Positions 1 to 8,530 of a stretch of DNA of 14,926 nucleotides are shown piece by piece (position 1 is the stretch's first letter; each line of letters begins with the position of its first letter). Under the pieces are notes generated by a model. The model did not search any database, was not told the origin of the DNA, and was given only the letters and a program-made list of their open reading frames with translations. The DNA is from Octopus sinensis. Its lineage: Eukaryota. Both the position numbers and the translations under genes were made by a program. The stretch is taken from contig NW_021825706.1 of the NCBI RefSeq assembly GCF_006345805.1, forward strand, positions 1 to 14,926, given 5' to 3'.

Positions 1-2
1 CT

Positions 3-222
3 AAGGCAGCAAACTGGCAGAGTCATTAGCATGCTGCGCAAAATGTTTAGCAGTATTTCGCTTGTTTTTACATTCTGAGTTCAAATTCCACCAGGGTTGA
101 CTTTGCCTTTCATCCTTTCAGGGTTGATAAGTTAAGTACCAGTCAAGTACTTGGGCTGATGTGATTGACTTACCTGCTACCTGCAAATTTCAACTCTTGT
201 GTCTATAGCGGGAAGGATTATT
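3..222 (+). mobile_element. SINE family A, near full length, diverged (tRNA-like head, core, tail ending AAGGATTATT)
   Basis: A-box-like CTGGCAGAGTCATTAGC near 15 and B-box-like GAGTTCAAATTCC at 77-89. Core GTTGACTTTGCCTTTCATCCTTT..GATAAGTTAAGTACCAG is colinear with the copies at 5220, 6086, 6261, 6491, 6659 and 11658. Confidence 0.85.
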
Positions 223-423
223 TATAGCATTATTTACTTCGAGATTCCCTGTTCCAAAATAGAATTTTAAATATTATATTGACTTGATCCCCTTATGAAA
301 TAAAACAGCAAAATCATTAAAAAAAAAAGAATACCTAAAAAAATAAAGGAAAACATTTCTCCTAGGGTTCCAAGGAACACAGTTATAATTTCAAGCCAAG
401 GAGAGAAGCCCTACATAGTTACA

Positions 424-640
424 CCACCTGTTAGAAACAGCAGCCAAATCTTCCTCACATTACACCTTGTCTTGAAAGAGGAAGGACACTTTGGATAATG
501 TAGTTTCAGATGTGTAAGATGGTGTGCAATGATGACTGAAACTACTTAGGTTATAAGTCAGCTTAGGTCAAAGCTTTCAATTTAAGACTATCCAATCAGG
601 GCTGACCAGGGCTACACAACAGCAACAACAACAACAGCAG
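424..640. mobile_element. Probable interspersed repeat fragment ending in a CAA/CAG tract
   Basis: Motifs TAGAAACAGCAGCCAAATC, GGAAGGACACTTTGGATAATGTAG and CAGGGCTGACCAGGGCTA followed by (CAA)n resemble an octopus repeat from recall only. There is no second copy in this window to confirm it. Confidence 0.35.
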
Positions 641-877
641 CATTCAGAAGAACAACAACATCAGTAACCACATCAGCAGCAACAGCCGTTCAAGAATTTG
701 GACCTGGAGATCTCTATTTCCAGCGACTTCAAGGGCCACCTCCCAGTGGTGTCGGGCGTCAACGAAGAGCTCTCGACTACAACAAGACGACCAAAGATTT
801 TTGTTTTCCAAGGTTTGAGGTCTCCTGCCCCTAAGCCCTAGACCATCACCTAATCACCCTTACACATCTTGTTGCTT

Positions 878-915
878 AACAACAACAACAACAACAACAG
901 TAGCAGCAGCAGCAA
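878..915. repeat. Compound (AAC)n-(AGC)n microsatellite
   Basis: Directly visible. It explains the poly-Leu and poly-Cys ORFs at 850-1073. Confidence 0.95.
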
Positions 916-1076
916 CAGAAGCTGCAAACGAACATAGAAAATTTTATGTAGTCGCATGTCACGTGCAAATGGTCTGCTATAAAGCTCTGTATTCTCAGAC
1001 ACTTTTTTGTAATAGAGACCACATGGTTTATATGGCAAATTTTATTTTTTTTAAGTACATAAAGGCCTCTCACAAC

Positions 1077-1093
1077 ATAATAATAATAATAAT

Positions 1094-1129
<36 letters not shown>
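1077..1129. repeat. (AAT)n microsatellite
   Basis: Directly visible, with one interruption. Confidence 0.97.
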
Positions 1130-1130
<1 letters not shown>

Positions 1131-1347
1131 TAAAACAAAAGGAATGGTCCACTATTATAATGTTGATCAAATGCTAAAAAGAGAAACGGTTAAAAAAAAA
1201 AGGTGGAATAAAAATTAAAAAAGAAAAGGAAAAAATTAACCAACATCAACATGGCATCGTTTATATGTTGGCATAATCCACTGTGCCAGACATTATAAAT
1301 TTGTTACAGAGTTGTTTGATTTCTTTACTTCTGTACTATGCTGTGTT

Positions 1348-1424
1348 GGGCTTGGCTGGGTTGGGACTGTGCCGGGGTTGCACTGGGGTTGCACTGGGGT
1401 TGCGCTGGGCTGGGCTAGGCTGGG
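1348..1424 (+). repeat. G-rich short tandem array (11-bp GGGGTTGCACT units, then CTGGG pentamers)
   Basis: G-tracts start at 1348, 1358, 1363, 1374, 1385, 1396, 1407, 1412 and 1422. Period is 11 bp from 1374 to 1407. Confidence 0.85.
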
Positions 1425-1471
1425 CTCATTGGTTTACTTGAGTAAAACTAACAGAGACTATTTGACTATTT

Positions 1472-1665
1472 AGCAACAACAACAATGGTGAGCGGAACAA
1501 TAACAATTGCAACAACCACAACCACTGCCATTGCTGCCACCACCACCACCACCACCACCACACCACCACTGCTACAAGAACAACCACTGCTGCTGCTGCT
1601 GCTATTACAACTGCTGTCGCTATGACTGCTGCCACCACCTACACTACATGCCATTAACCATAACA
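1472..1665. repeat. Mosaic trinucleotide tract (CAA/ACC/CTG)
   Basis: Pure (ACC)n core at about 1537-1569 and a (CTG)n run at about 1588-1602. It explains the low-complexity ORFs at 1426-1785. Confidence 0.9.
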
Positions 1666-1993
1666 AAAGCACCAGATCCAACTATTTTGAACAAAAACAA
1701 TGATGAAAGTATTAGCACTAACAAAACTATTACCACAAAGAATATAGAAACAAACCAAAATAAAACAAAACAAAAACATAGCTAAAGAAACAAAAAATAA
1801 ACAAAGCAGAGACAAAAAAAAAAAAAACAATAACAAGCAAAAATTAAAAGAGCAACAGTGAAAGTCAACACCAAGAACTACTATAGGGAAACACTAAAAA
1901 ACAAAACCAAAAAAAATGAAAAAAAAAACAAACCCAGAGAAAATAACCTGTAACAATAATAACAGGAATGAGTGGAAACAGAGAAAAGTCCAG

Positions 1994-1996
<3 letters not shown>

Positions 1997-2052
<56 letters not shown>
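1997..2052. repeat. (AG)n microsatellite
   Basis: Directly visible. Confidence 0.97.
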
Positions 2053-2167
2053 GCAGCAACAAAGATTTCAGTTTCCACTTTTTAGCCTGAAAGAAATAAC
2101 AGCTTCCAAATGTTGAATTTAAAGGGAGTTTGGATTGAGGGACTGCTTCTTTCTATATATCTTCTAC

Positions 2168-2542
2168 CTTTTACTTATATCAGATATTAGACTGCGGCCG
2201 GCCATGCTGGAGCACCACCTTCAAAGATTTGTTCTAGTTGAATGAAATCAACATCAGTTCTTTTCTTTTTCTTTCTTCTTTTTTTTTTTGTTAAGCCTGG
2301 TACTTATTCTCTTGAGCTCTTTTTACCGAACTGCTAAGTTAAGCGGGATGTAAACACAGCAACACCAGTTTCCAGGTGGTAGTGCAGGTGGTGGGGACAA
2401 TCACAGACACAAAGACACACACATTTATAAAAGATGAACTTCTTTCAGTTTCTGTCTACCAAATCCATTCACAGAGCTTTGGTTGGCCGGAGGCTATTGT
2501 AGAAAACACTTGCCTAATGTATACGGTAATAGGACTAAACCC
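2168..2542 (-). mobile_element. SINE family B, nearly full length (head 2439-2542, 3' module 2168-2420)
   Basis: Reverse complement is colinear with 14092-14543: CTTTTACTT..GACTGCGGCC..ATGCTGGAGCACC, AAGCCTGGTACTTATTC, GTAAACAC..CACCAG and CTTTCAGTTTCTGTCTACCAAATCCATTCAC..CACTTGCC. Confidence 0.85.
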
Positions 2543-2754
2543 ACAATTTAGCGATCTATCTTGGCGAATGCTGGACAAAGGGGTCACACAGGAGAACTAG
2601 GAAGAAGGGGAGATAATATATATTTACCAGTGAAACACATGCCATATATATATATATTGATATATATATATACATACAGAACAACCTCAGTATTTAAGAT
2701 TGATATTGAGTGACGATGAAGATAGCTATATCATCGTGTGTGTGTGTGTGTGTA

Positions 2755-2912
2755 CATGGCAATGTAACTTAAGAAGTTTGTTTCGCAAGCATTTGGTTTC
2801 AGGTTCAATTCCACCATGTGGCACCTTGGTCAAGAGTCTTTCACTATAGCCATCAACCAATGAAAGTCTTGTGAGTGGATTTGCTAGACGGAAAAGTGAA
2901 AGAAGCTCACTG
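2755..2912 (+). mobile_element. SINE family B head only, running into a long microsatellite
   Basis: AAGAAGTTTG, B-box GGTTCAATTCC at 2802-2812, GGCACCTTGGTCAAG and TTGTGAGTGGATTTGCTAGACGGAAA match the other family-B heads. Confidence 0.85.
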
Positions 2913-3073
2913 CATGTATGTATGTATGTATGTATGTATGTATGTATGTATGTATGTATGTATGCATGCATGCATGTATGAATATATATGCATATATATA
3001 TACATTCATATATATATATATACATATATATATATACATATGCATACTTACATATATACATATATATAAGCAT

Positions 3074-3112
<39 letters not shown>

Positions 3113-3300
3113 TATATATGCATATATATATATATTCAAATATATATATATATGCACATATATATATATACACACACATATATATATATATGCACACACA
3201 CACATATACACACACACATATGCATATATATGCACACACACACATATACACACACACATATGCATATGTATATATATATATACTGAAATATATATATATT
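2913..3300. repeat. Compound (TATG)n/(TA)n/(CA)n microsatellite
   Basis: Directly visible. It explains the YI/YV-rich ORFs at 2726-3341. Confidence 0.95.
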
Positions 3301-3514
3301 TGAGAATCTGTGTATGCATTTAAAAGTATCTTTCTAATCATCTTTTAAAAGCCTGCAGGACAGTGGACGATATGATGTTGGCTGTGGGGAGTAAGATGCT
3401 AGTACTGATGTCTAGTATTGCACTAACCATCCCCTGCAATAGCAAGAATAGTAGCTGTGGTTGTTTGAATATGGAAATATAAGTCAAGGCTAAGTACACC
3501 AGTGTAAAACCATA

Positions 3515-3531
3515 CATATACACAGACACAT

Positions 3532-3562
<31 letters not shown>

Positions 3563-3975
3563 GTGTATATATATATATATGTGTGTGTTTGCGTGTATAT
3601 TTCAAAATGCATGTATATATATGTGTACGTGTGTCTATATATAGATATATATACACACACACACATATATGTTTATATGTACATACATTTTTATATATAT
3701 ATATATATATATATACATATACATACATATATTTAAATGTATTTATGTATATGCACATGCATTATATGTTTGTATTTATGCATGCAAATACAGATATACA
3801 TGTATCTTTGTTCATGTACATACAAATGTATACATGTGTATACACATATGTGTGCATGTCTATATATAGTTTCTCTCACTCTCTCTCTCTCTCTCATATA
3901 TATATCCATATATATATATATATAATATATATATATATATATAGCACACACACACACATATACATTTATACATAC
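3515..3975. repeat. Degenerate TA/TG/CA microsatellite field with a (CT)n tract
   Basis: Directly visible. It explains the ORFs at 3531-4020. Confidence 0.9.
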
Positions 3976-3976
3976 A

Positions 3977-4358
3977 CTAGCAGTATCGCCCGGCGTTGCT
4001 CAGGTTTGTGTAGGGAATAACTATAAAAGCATTTTTAGAGAGTTATAGCCAAAAAATAGCAAAAAAATGGGGAAAAATGATGGTAAATTTTTTTTGAGAG
4101 TTAAAAAAAGGTGGAGTTCGTCCCCTAGACGGTCTGTGGTTTGGGTTTCTGATTCTCTCGACCCCCATTCGAATTTATCGATTTTTTCAGAACTGGGGGA
4201 ACTTTTCAAAATTTTTCGCTGTAGTTTTGAATTATGACATTGGGCTATGTGTGTGTCAGTTTCATCAGAATCGGTTGAAAGCCGTGGTCAGAGTGAGGGT
4301 ATGAGAAAACAGACACACAGAAAACGCACAGACAAACTGCCGTTTATATAGAGAGAGA
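3977..4358 (-). mobile_element. Non-autonomous Helitron, 382 bp, both termini intact
   Basis: On the minus strand it starts TC (4358-4357) and ends CTAG (3980-3977), inserted between A (4359) and T (3976). A GC-rich subterminal hairpin CCTG(A)GC-AAC-GC-CGGG (4004-3989) ends 12 nt before the terminus. These are the established Helitron hallmarks. No transposase ORF. Confidence 0.8.
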
Positions 4359-4554
4359 TATATATACGTACATGTATATTTACAGATGTGTGTTTGAATG
4401 TATGCACATGGAAATATGTAATTTCATGTATGCAATGTAGGCATGCGGCATATATATGTATGTCCAAGCAGACAATGTATTTTTTGTGAGTATATATGTA
4501 AGTATATACGTAGAGTGGCCGGTGCCTTCCAGGTCATATGTAATTTCAAGTCAG

Positions 4555-5103
4555 TTGAGAGAGAAAGAGAGAGAGGGAGGGAAAGAAGTAAATATACAGA
4601 GAAAGAGAGAGGAGAGAAGATAATGAAACAGAGACGAGAGTAAGAGAGAAATGACGAGAGGTATAAATGCACATGTAAAATTGAAAAAAAAAATTTTTCT
4701 AGGAAAAGATACGCGTAGAGAAATATAGAGAGAGGAGCATAAACTGATGAATGAGGTTTCGAGAGAGTATTAGAGAGTGAAAGGTACTAAGTGATTAATT
4801 TTCAGTTAGAGGGAGAAAGACTGACAGGGCAAAACAAGGGAGACAGGAAGAAGTGAGAGAGGGGGGAGACGGGGGGAGGCAGTGTGGGAGACGGGGGGGG
4901 ATAAAGAGAGAGAAACAGACAGATGAAGTGAGGGAGACATGAGGAGATTAGACAGAGAGGAGAGAGGGAGAAAGAACAACATTTAAAATGAAAGGGACAA
5001 GGGGAGATAAGAGGGAGAGAGGGAGAAAAAAAAAATCAACAGATGAAACAAAGGAGATAAGATGGTGAGAGAGGGAGTGAGTGAAGAAGTGAGGAAGTGG
5101 AAG

Positions 5104-5143
<40 letters not shown>

Positions 5144-5212
5144 ATGATGGATAGAACCAGGGAGACAGGCAGATATGAGGGGGGTGAGAGAGCAAGAGAG
5201 AGAAAGAGAGAG
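4555..5212. repeat. Long degenerate polypurine (GA-rich) tract including (AG)n at about 5108-5138
   Basis: Directly visible purine-rich plus strand. Short unique interruptions at about 4665-4810. Confidence 0.8.
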
Positions 5213-5219
5213 AAATACC

Positions 5220-5444
5220 TATTTCTTTACTACCCACAAGGAGCTAAACAGAGAGAGGACAAACAAGGACAGACAAAGGGATTAAGTCGATTATATCGAC
5301 CCCAGTGTGTAACTGGTACTTAATTTATCAACCCCGAAAGGATGAAAGGCAAAGTCGACCTCGGCGGAATTCGAACTCAGAACGTAACGGCAGACGAAAT
5401 ACTGCCAAGCATTTCGCCCAGTGTGCTAACGCTTCTGCCAGCTC
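5220..5444 (-). mobile_element. SINE family A, young subfamily (GTCCTTGTTTGTCC tail), slightly 5'-truncated, with 7-bp TSD
   Basis: Ungapped alignment to 6662-6886 gives about 29 mismatches in 225 nt by hand count (about 87%). Direct repeat AAATACC at 5213-5219 and 5445-5451. Confidence 0.92.
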
Positions 5445-5853
5445 AAATACCAAGAGATAAAACAAAAGAGACAGGAAGAGGTGAGAGAGAGTGTTTGTGT
5501 TGTGTGTGTGGTGTGATAAGGAATGAAAAGAGAGAGAGACAATGGAAAGAGAGAGATCATTTCAGTGAAGTGGAACTCTTTAAGTAAATATTCTGTGGAT
5601 TAACCCTGCCCGCCAATACAGACTAAATGTGTTCTCCATCGACCTCAAGGACATGCAGTCAGTCCTGCATTGTAATCAACTACAGCCATTGAATTATAGC
5701 ATAACAGACTATGGATTCCAAAGACACTTATACCTTCACAGTAAACTTCAGACACATTTAATACGACACAATGTACATGTATGACAGAGGGGTTGAAGAG
5801 TCACGGTAAACCTTTGGACTGACCAAACAGAATCAACACGACAGGCTCCCTCC

Positions 5854-6004
5854 CCACATAGTTCATGTCTGCTTGATTTCGCTAACAAAGCTCAAGTTGA
5901 CTTGAGGCGTTGCTAAAAGACACTAATTGATCAAGACACCAGGCAGTAGGGATTGAACTCAAGTTCTCACAATTGCTAAACTAACTTCTCAGCCACATAA
6001 CCAT
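5854..6004 (-). mobile_element. SINE B' (divergent relative of the family-B head)
   Basis: Reverse complement aligns ungapped to 11909-12059 with about 22 mismatches in 151 nt by hand count (about 85%). A-box-like TGGTTATGTGGC and B-box GAGTTCAATCC are present. Confidence 0.85.
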
Positions 6005-6085
6005 AACTGCACTCATTAACCTTTTCAGATGCCAACCAACCCAAGACCACTCTTGGTTATTTCATGTTAATTTCTATTCCAAATA

Positions 6086-6236
6086 TGTTCTAAGTTCAAA
6101 TTCCGCCAAGGTCACCTTTGCCTTTCATCCTTTTGGGAGTCAATAAAATAAGTACCAGTTGTGCACTGGGGTTGATGTAATCGATTTCCACACTTCCCTC
6201 AAATTGCTGGCCTTGTGCCAAAATTTTAAATCAATT
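6086..6236 (+). mobile_element. SINE family A, 5'-truncated (B-box, core and AAATTGCTGGCCTTGTGCCAAAA tail)
   Basis: TAAGTTCAAATTCCGCCAAGGTC..TTTGCCTTTCATCC..AATAAAATAAGTACCAGTTGTGCACTGGGGTTGATGTAATCGA is colinear with the other family-A copies. Confidence 0.88.
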
Positions 6237-6260
6237 GAAATTCCAAACATCAATTTATTT

Positions 6261-6462
6261 ATGGTTTTAAATCTTGGTACAATGTCAGCAATTTTGAGAG
6301 AAAGGGTAAATTATTTAGATTGATCCCAGTATGCAACTGGTACTTCTTTTATCAACCCCGGAACGTTGAAAGGCAAAGTCAACTTTGGTAGCATATGAGC
6401 TCCAAATGTAAAGAGACAGAAGAAATGCTGCCAAGCATTTTGTCTGGCATCACAACAATTCT
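6261..6462 (-). mobile_element. SINE family A, diverged, tail-to-tail with the 6086 copy
   Basis: Tail complement TTTTAAATCTTGGTACAATGTCAGCAATTT, core CTGGTACTT..GAAAGGCAAAGTCAAC and head GAAATGCTGCCAAGCATTTTG. Confidence 0.82.
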
Positions 6463-6490
6463 TCAAGCCCATTGCCTTAAACATGTCAAG

Positions 6491-6956
6491 TAATGATTTC
6501 AAATTTTGGCACAAGGCCAGCAATTTTGGGGGTGGCAATAAGTTGATTACATCAACCCACAGTAATCGACTGGTACATATTTTATTGATCCTTGAAAGGA
6601 TGAAAGGCAAAGTTAACCACTGCAGAATTTGAAGTCAGAAGACAAAGCCGGGTGAAATGCTTATTTCTTTACTACCCACAAGGGGCTAAATACAGAGAGG
6701 ACAAACAAGGACAGACAAACGGATTAAGTCAATTACATCGACCCCAGTGCGCAACTGGTACTTATTTAATCGACCCTGGAAGGATGAAAGGCAAAGCTGA
6801 CCTTGGTGGAATTTGAACTCCATACGTAGCGGCAGACGAAATACCGCTAAGCATTTTGCCCGGCGTGCTAACAGTTCTGCCAGCTCGCCGCCGGGTGAAA
6901 TACTCCCAAACACTTTGCCGCTGGGGTGCTAACAATTCTGCCAGTTCATTGCCCTT
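6491..6956 (-). mobile_element. Older SINE family A host copy, split into 6491-6660 and 6904-6956 by a nested insertion
   Basis: Removing the insert and one TSD copy restores the continuous head GAATTTGAAGTCAGAAGACAAAGCCGGGTGAAATACTCCCAAACACTTTGCC..GTGCTAACAATTCTGCCAGTTC. Confidence 0.85.
6659..6892 (-). mobile_element. Young full-length SINE family A nested in the older copy
   Basis: Complete head (..CTGCCAGCTCGCCGCC) through tail (TATTTCTTTACTACCCAC), CpG-rich. Perfect 12-bp direct repeat GCCGGGTGAAAT at 6647-6658 and 6890-6901 (13/14 if extended by 2 nt). Confidence 0.92.
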
Positions 6957-7330
6957 AAACATCTGTCAAATAACGACACAGGTTGTTTTACTGTATTCTT
7001 CATTATTTTCAAAATCATTTGAAACAGAAGTGTATTTCAAGAAAAATATGACAACAGAAGGGTTAAACATACAGGAACAAGCACATATAAGAGGCAAACT
7101 GACAGAACGAGAGGTTGGGCGGGGAGACTCTATATAGACGACATAGCGAGATAATTAAGATAAATCTGTCTAGCATAAATAAATGTATATTACTGAATTT
7201 CTCCAACAGTTTACTGTTCAGTAAGGACTTTGGTGATAATGGGGACCTTGTGCTGTGATGCCTCACTAGGGAAAAATCATACCATACACACAATATGTGC
7301 CTTTATACAGGCATTTCATTCATGCAAAAT

Positions 7331-7473
7331 GTGTGTGTGTATGTGTGTGTGTGTGTGTGTGCGCGAGTAAAGAAGCAGAGAGTTTTCAGTTATATACATT
7401 ACATATATTTTATATCTATCTATCTATCTATCTTTCTGTGTATATATATATATATGTGTGTGTGTGTATATAT

Positions 7474-7520
<47 letters not shown>

Positions 7521-7548
7521 CATACATATATGAATATACAGAAAAAGA
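7331..7548. repeat. Compound (TG)n/(TCTA)n/(TA)n microsatellite field
   Basis: Directly visible. Confidence 0.9.
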
Positions 7549-7800
7549 CGCACCAGGTTAAATATGGTACCAATTTACTTTGATTGGTAACTATGCTAAC
7601 TATTTAACTATTTTCCATAAAAGGCCATATTTGTCACAAAAAGAGAAAGAGAGAGAGGAGTAGCTGGGGGGAAAGACATACAGGGAGTTGCAGGGAAGAG
7701 ATGGACATAATGTTTAACAGCGAGGGAGGGGCTAAAGAGATGTGGTCAAATGGGTGACAAGACGTGGAGGAGGAGCAAGTGGAATAATTAGGCATATATG

Positions 7801-8009
7801 CCTTGAAGAATTTGGATTGAACGAATCAATCCCAGTATATATTCTTAAGCCTAGTACATATTCTATCAGTTCCTTTTGCTAAACCGCTAATGTCATGGGG
7901 ACATAAACATACCAACACTGGTTGTCAATTAGTAGCTCAAAACAGATGCATGCACATACATATATGTACATGTACATATGCTTGTGTATGAGTATATATA
8001 TGTATATAA

Positions 8010-8043
<34 letters not shown>

Positions 8044-8188
8044 GTCTAGAAATATAAAGCGCTTCTTTAGGTTTCTATCTACTAAATCCGCTCACAAGGG
8101 TTTGGTCGGCATGAGATCTACAGTAGAAGACACTTGCCCAAGGTGCTATGCAGTAGAAATGAACCTGGAACCATGTGGTTGGGAAGCA
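7801..8188 (-). mobile_element. SINE family B with internal microsatellite (about 7945-8045), lacking the extreme 5' and 3' ends
   Basis: 3' module AAGCCTAGTACATATTCTATC..TTTTGCTAAACCGCTAA..GGTTGTCAA. Head CTACTAAATCCGCTCACAAGGGTTTGGTCGGC..GTAGAAGACACTTGCCCAAGGTGC..GAACCTGGAACCATGTGGTTGGGAAGCA. Confidence 0.88.
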
Positions 8189-8530
8189 CATATGTGTGTA
8201 TGTATTTATGTATCTATCTATCTATATACTATATATATATTATATATATAATATTATGTGTGTGTGTGGTGTGTGTGTGTGTGTGTGTGTACGTATGTAT
8301 ATACATATATGTGTGTGTGTGTATATATACATATATATATATGTATATTAACTATATTTATGTATATACATACATATATTTATACAATATATATATATTT
8401 ATTATATATTTTTATATATATATATATATTATATATATATCACACACACACACACACAACATACATAGATGTATACACACACACACACACATATGTATGT
8501 ACGTGTGTATGTATTATATGCGTGTGGATT
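8189..8530. repeat. TA/TG/CA microsatellite field
   Basis: Directly visible. Confidence 0.92.

Noticed and set aside
850-2116. ORFs with poly-L, poly-C, poly-P/H, poly-V/W and RE or LS repeats
   Set aside because: They are translations of AAC, AGC, ACC, CTG and AG microsatellites, open in several frames and on both strands.
3372-3482. 36-aa small ORF MMLAVGSKMLVLMSSIALTIPCNSKNSSCGCLNMEI, hydrophobic start and three Cys
   Set aside because: Too short, with no promoter or homology evidence. Expected by chance.
2726-4020. Long YI/HT/CV-rich ORFs, up to 197 aa
   Set aside because: TA/CA/TG dinucleotide repeats lack stop codons. There is no domain signal.
6010-6060. TTAACCTTTT.. segment resembling a DNA-transposon (MITE) terminus
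   Set aside because: No matching inverted end or second copy in the window.
6491-6956. Recurrent similar segments that might suggest a CRISPR-like array
   Set aside because: The repeats are long, diverged, irregularly spaced SINE copies in eukaryotic DNA. There is no repeat-spacer periodicity and no cas genes.
6311-6962. More natural-looking ORFs (99, 75 and 66 aa)
   Set aside because: They lie largely or wholly within SINE copies, and the apparent complexity comes from the repeat consensus.
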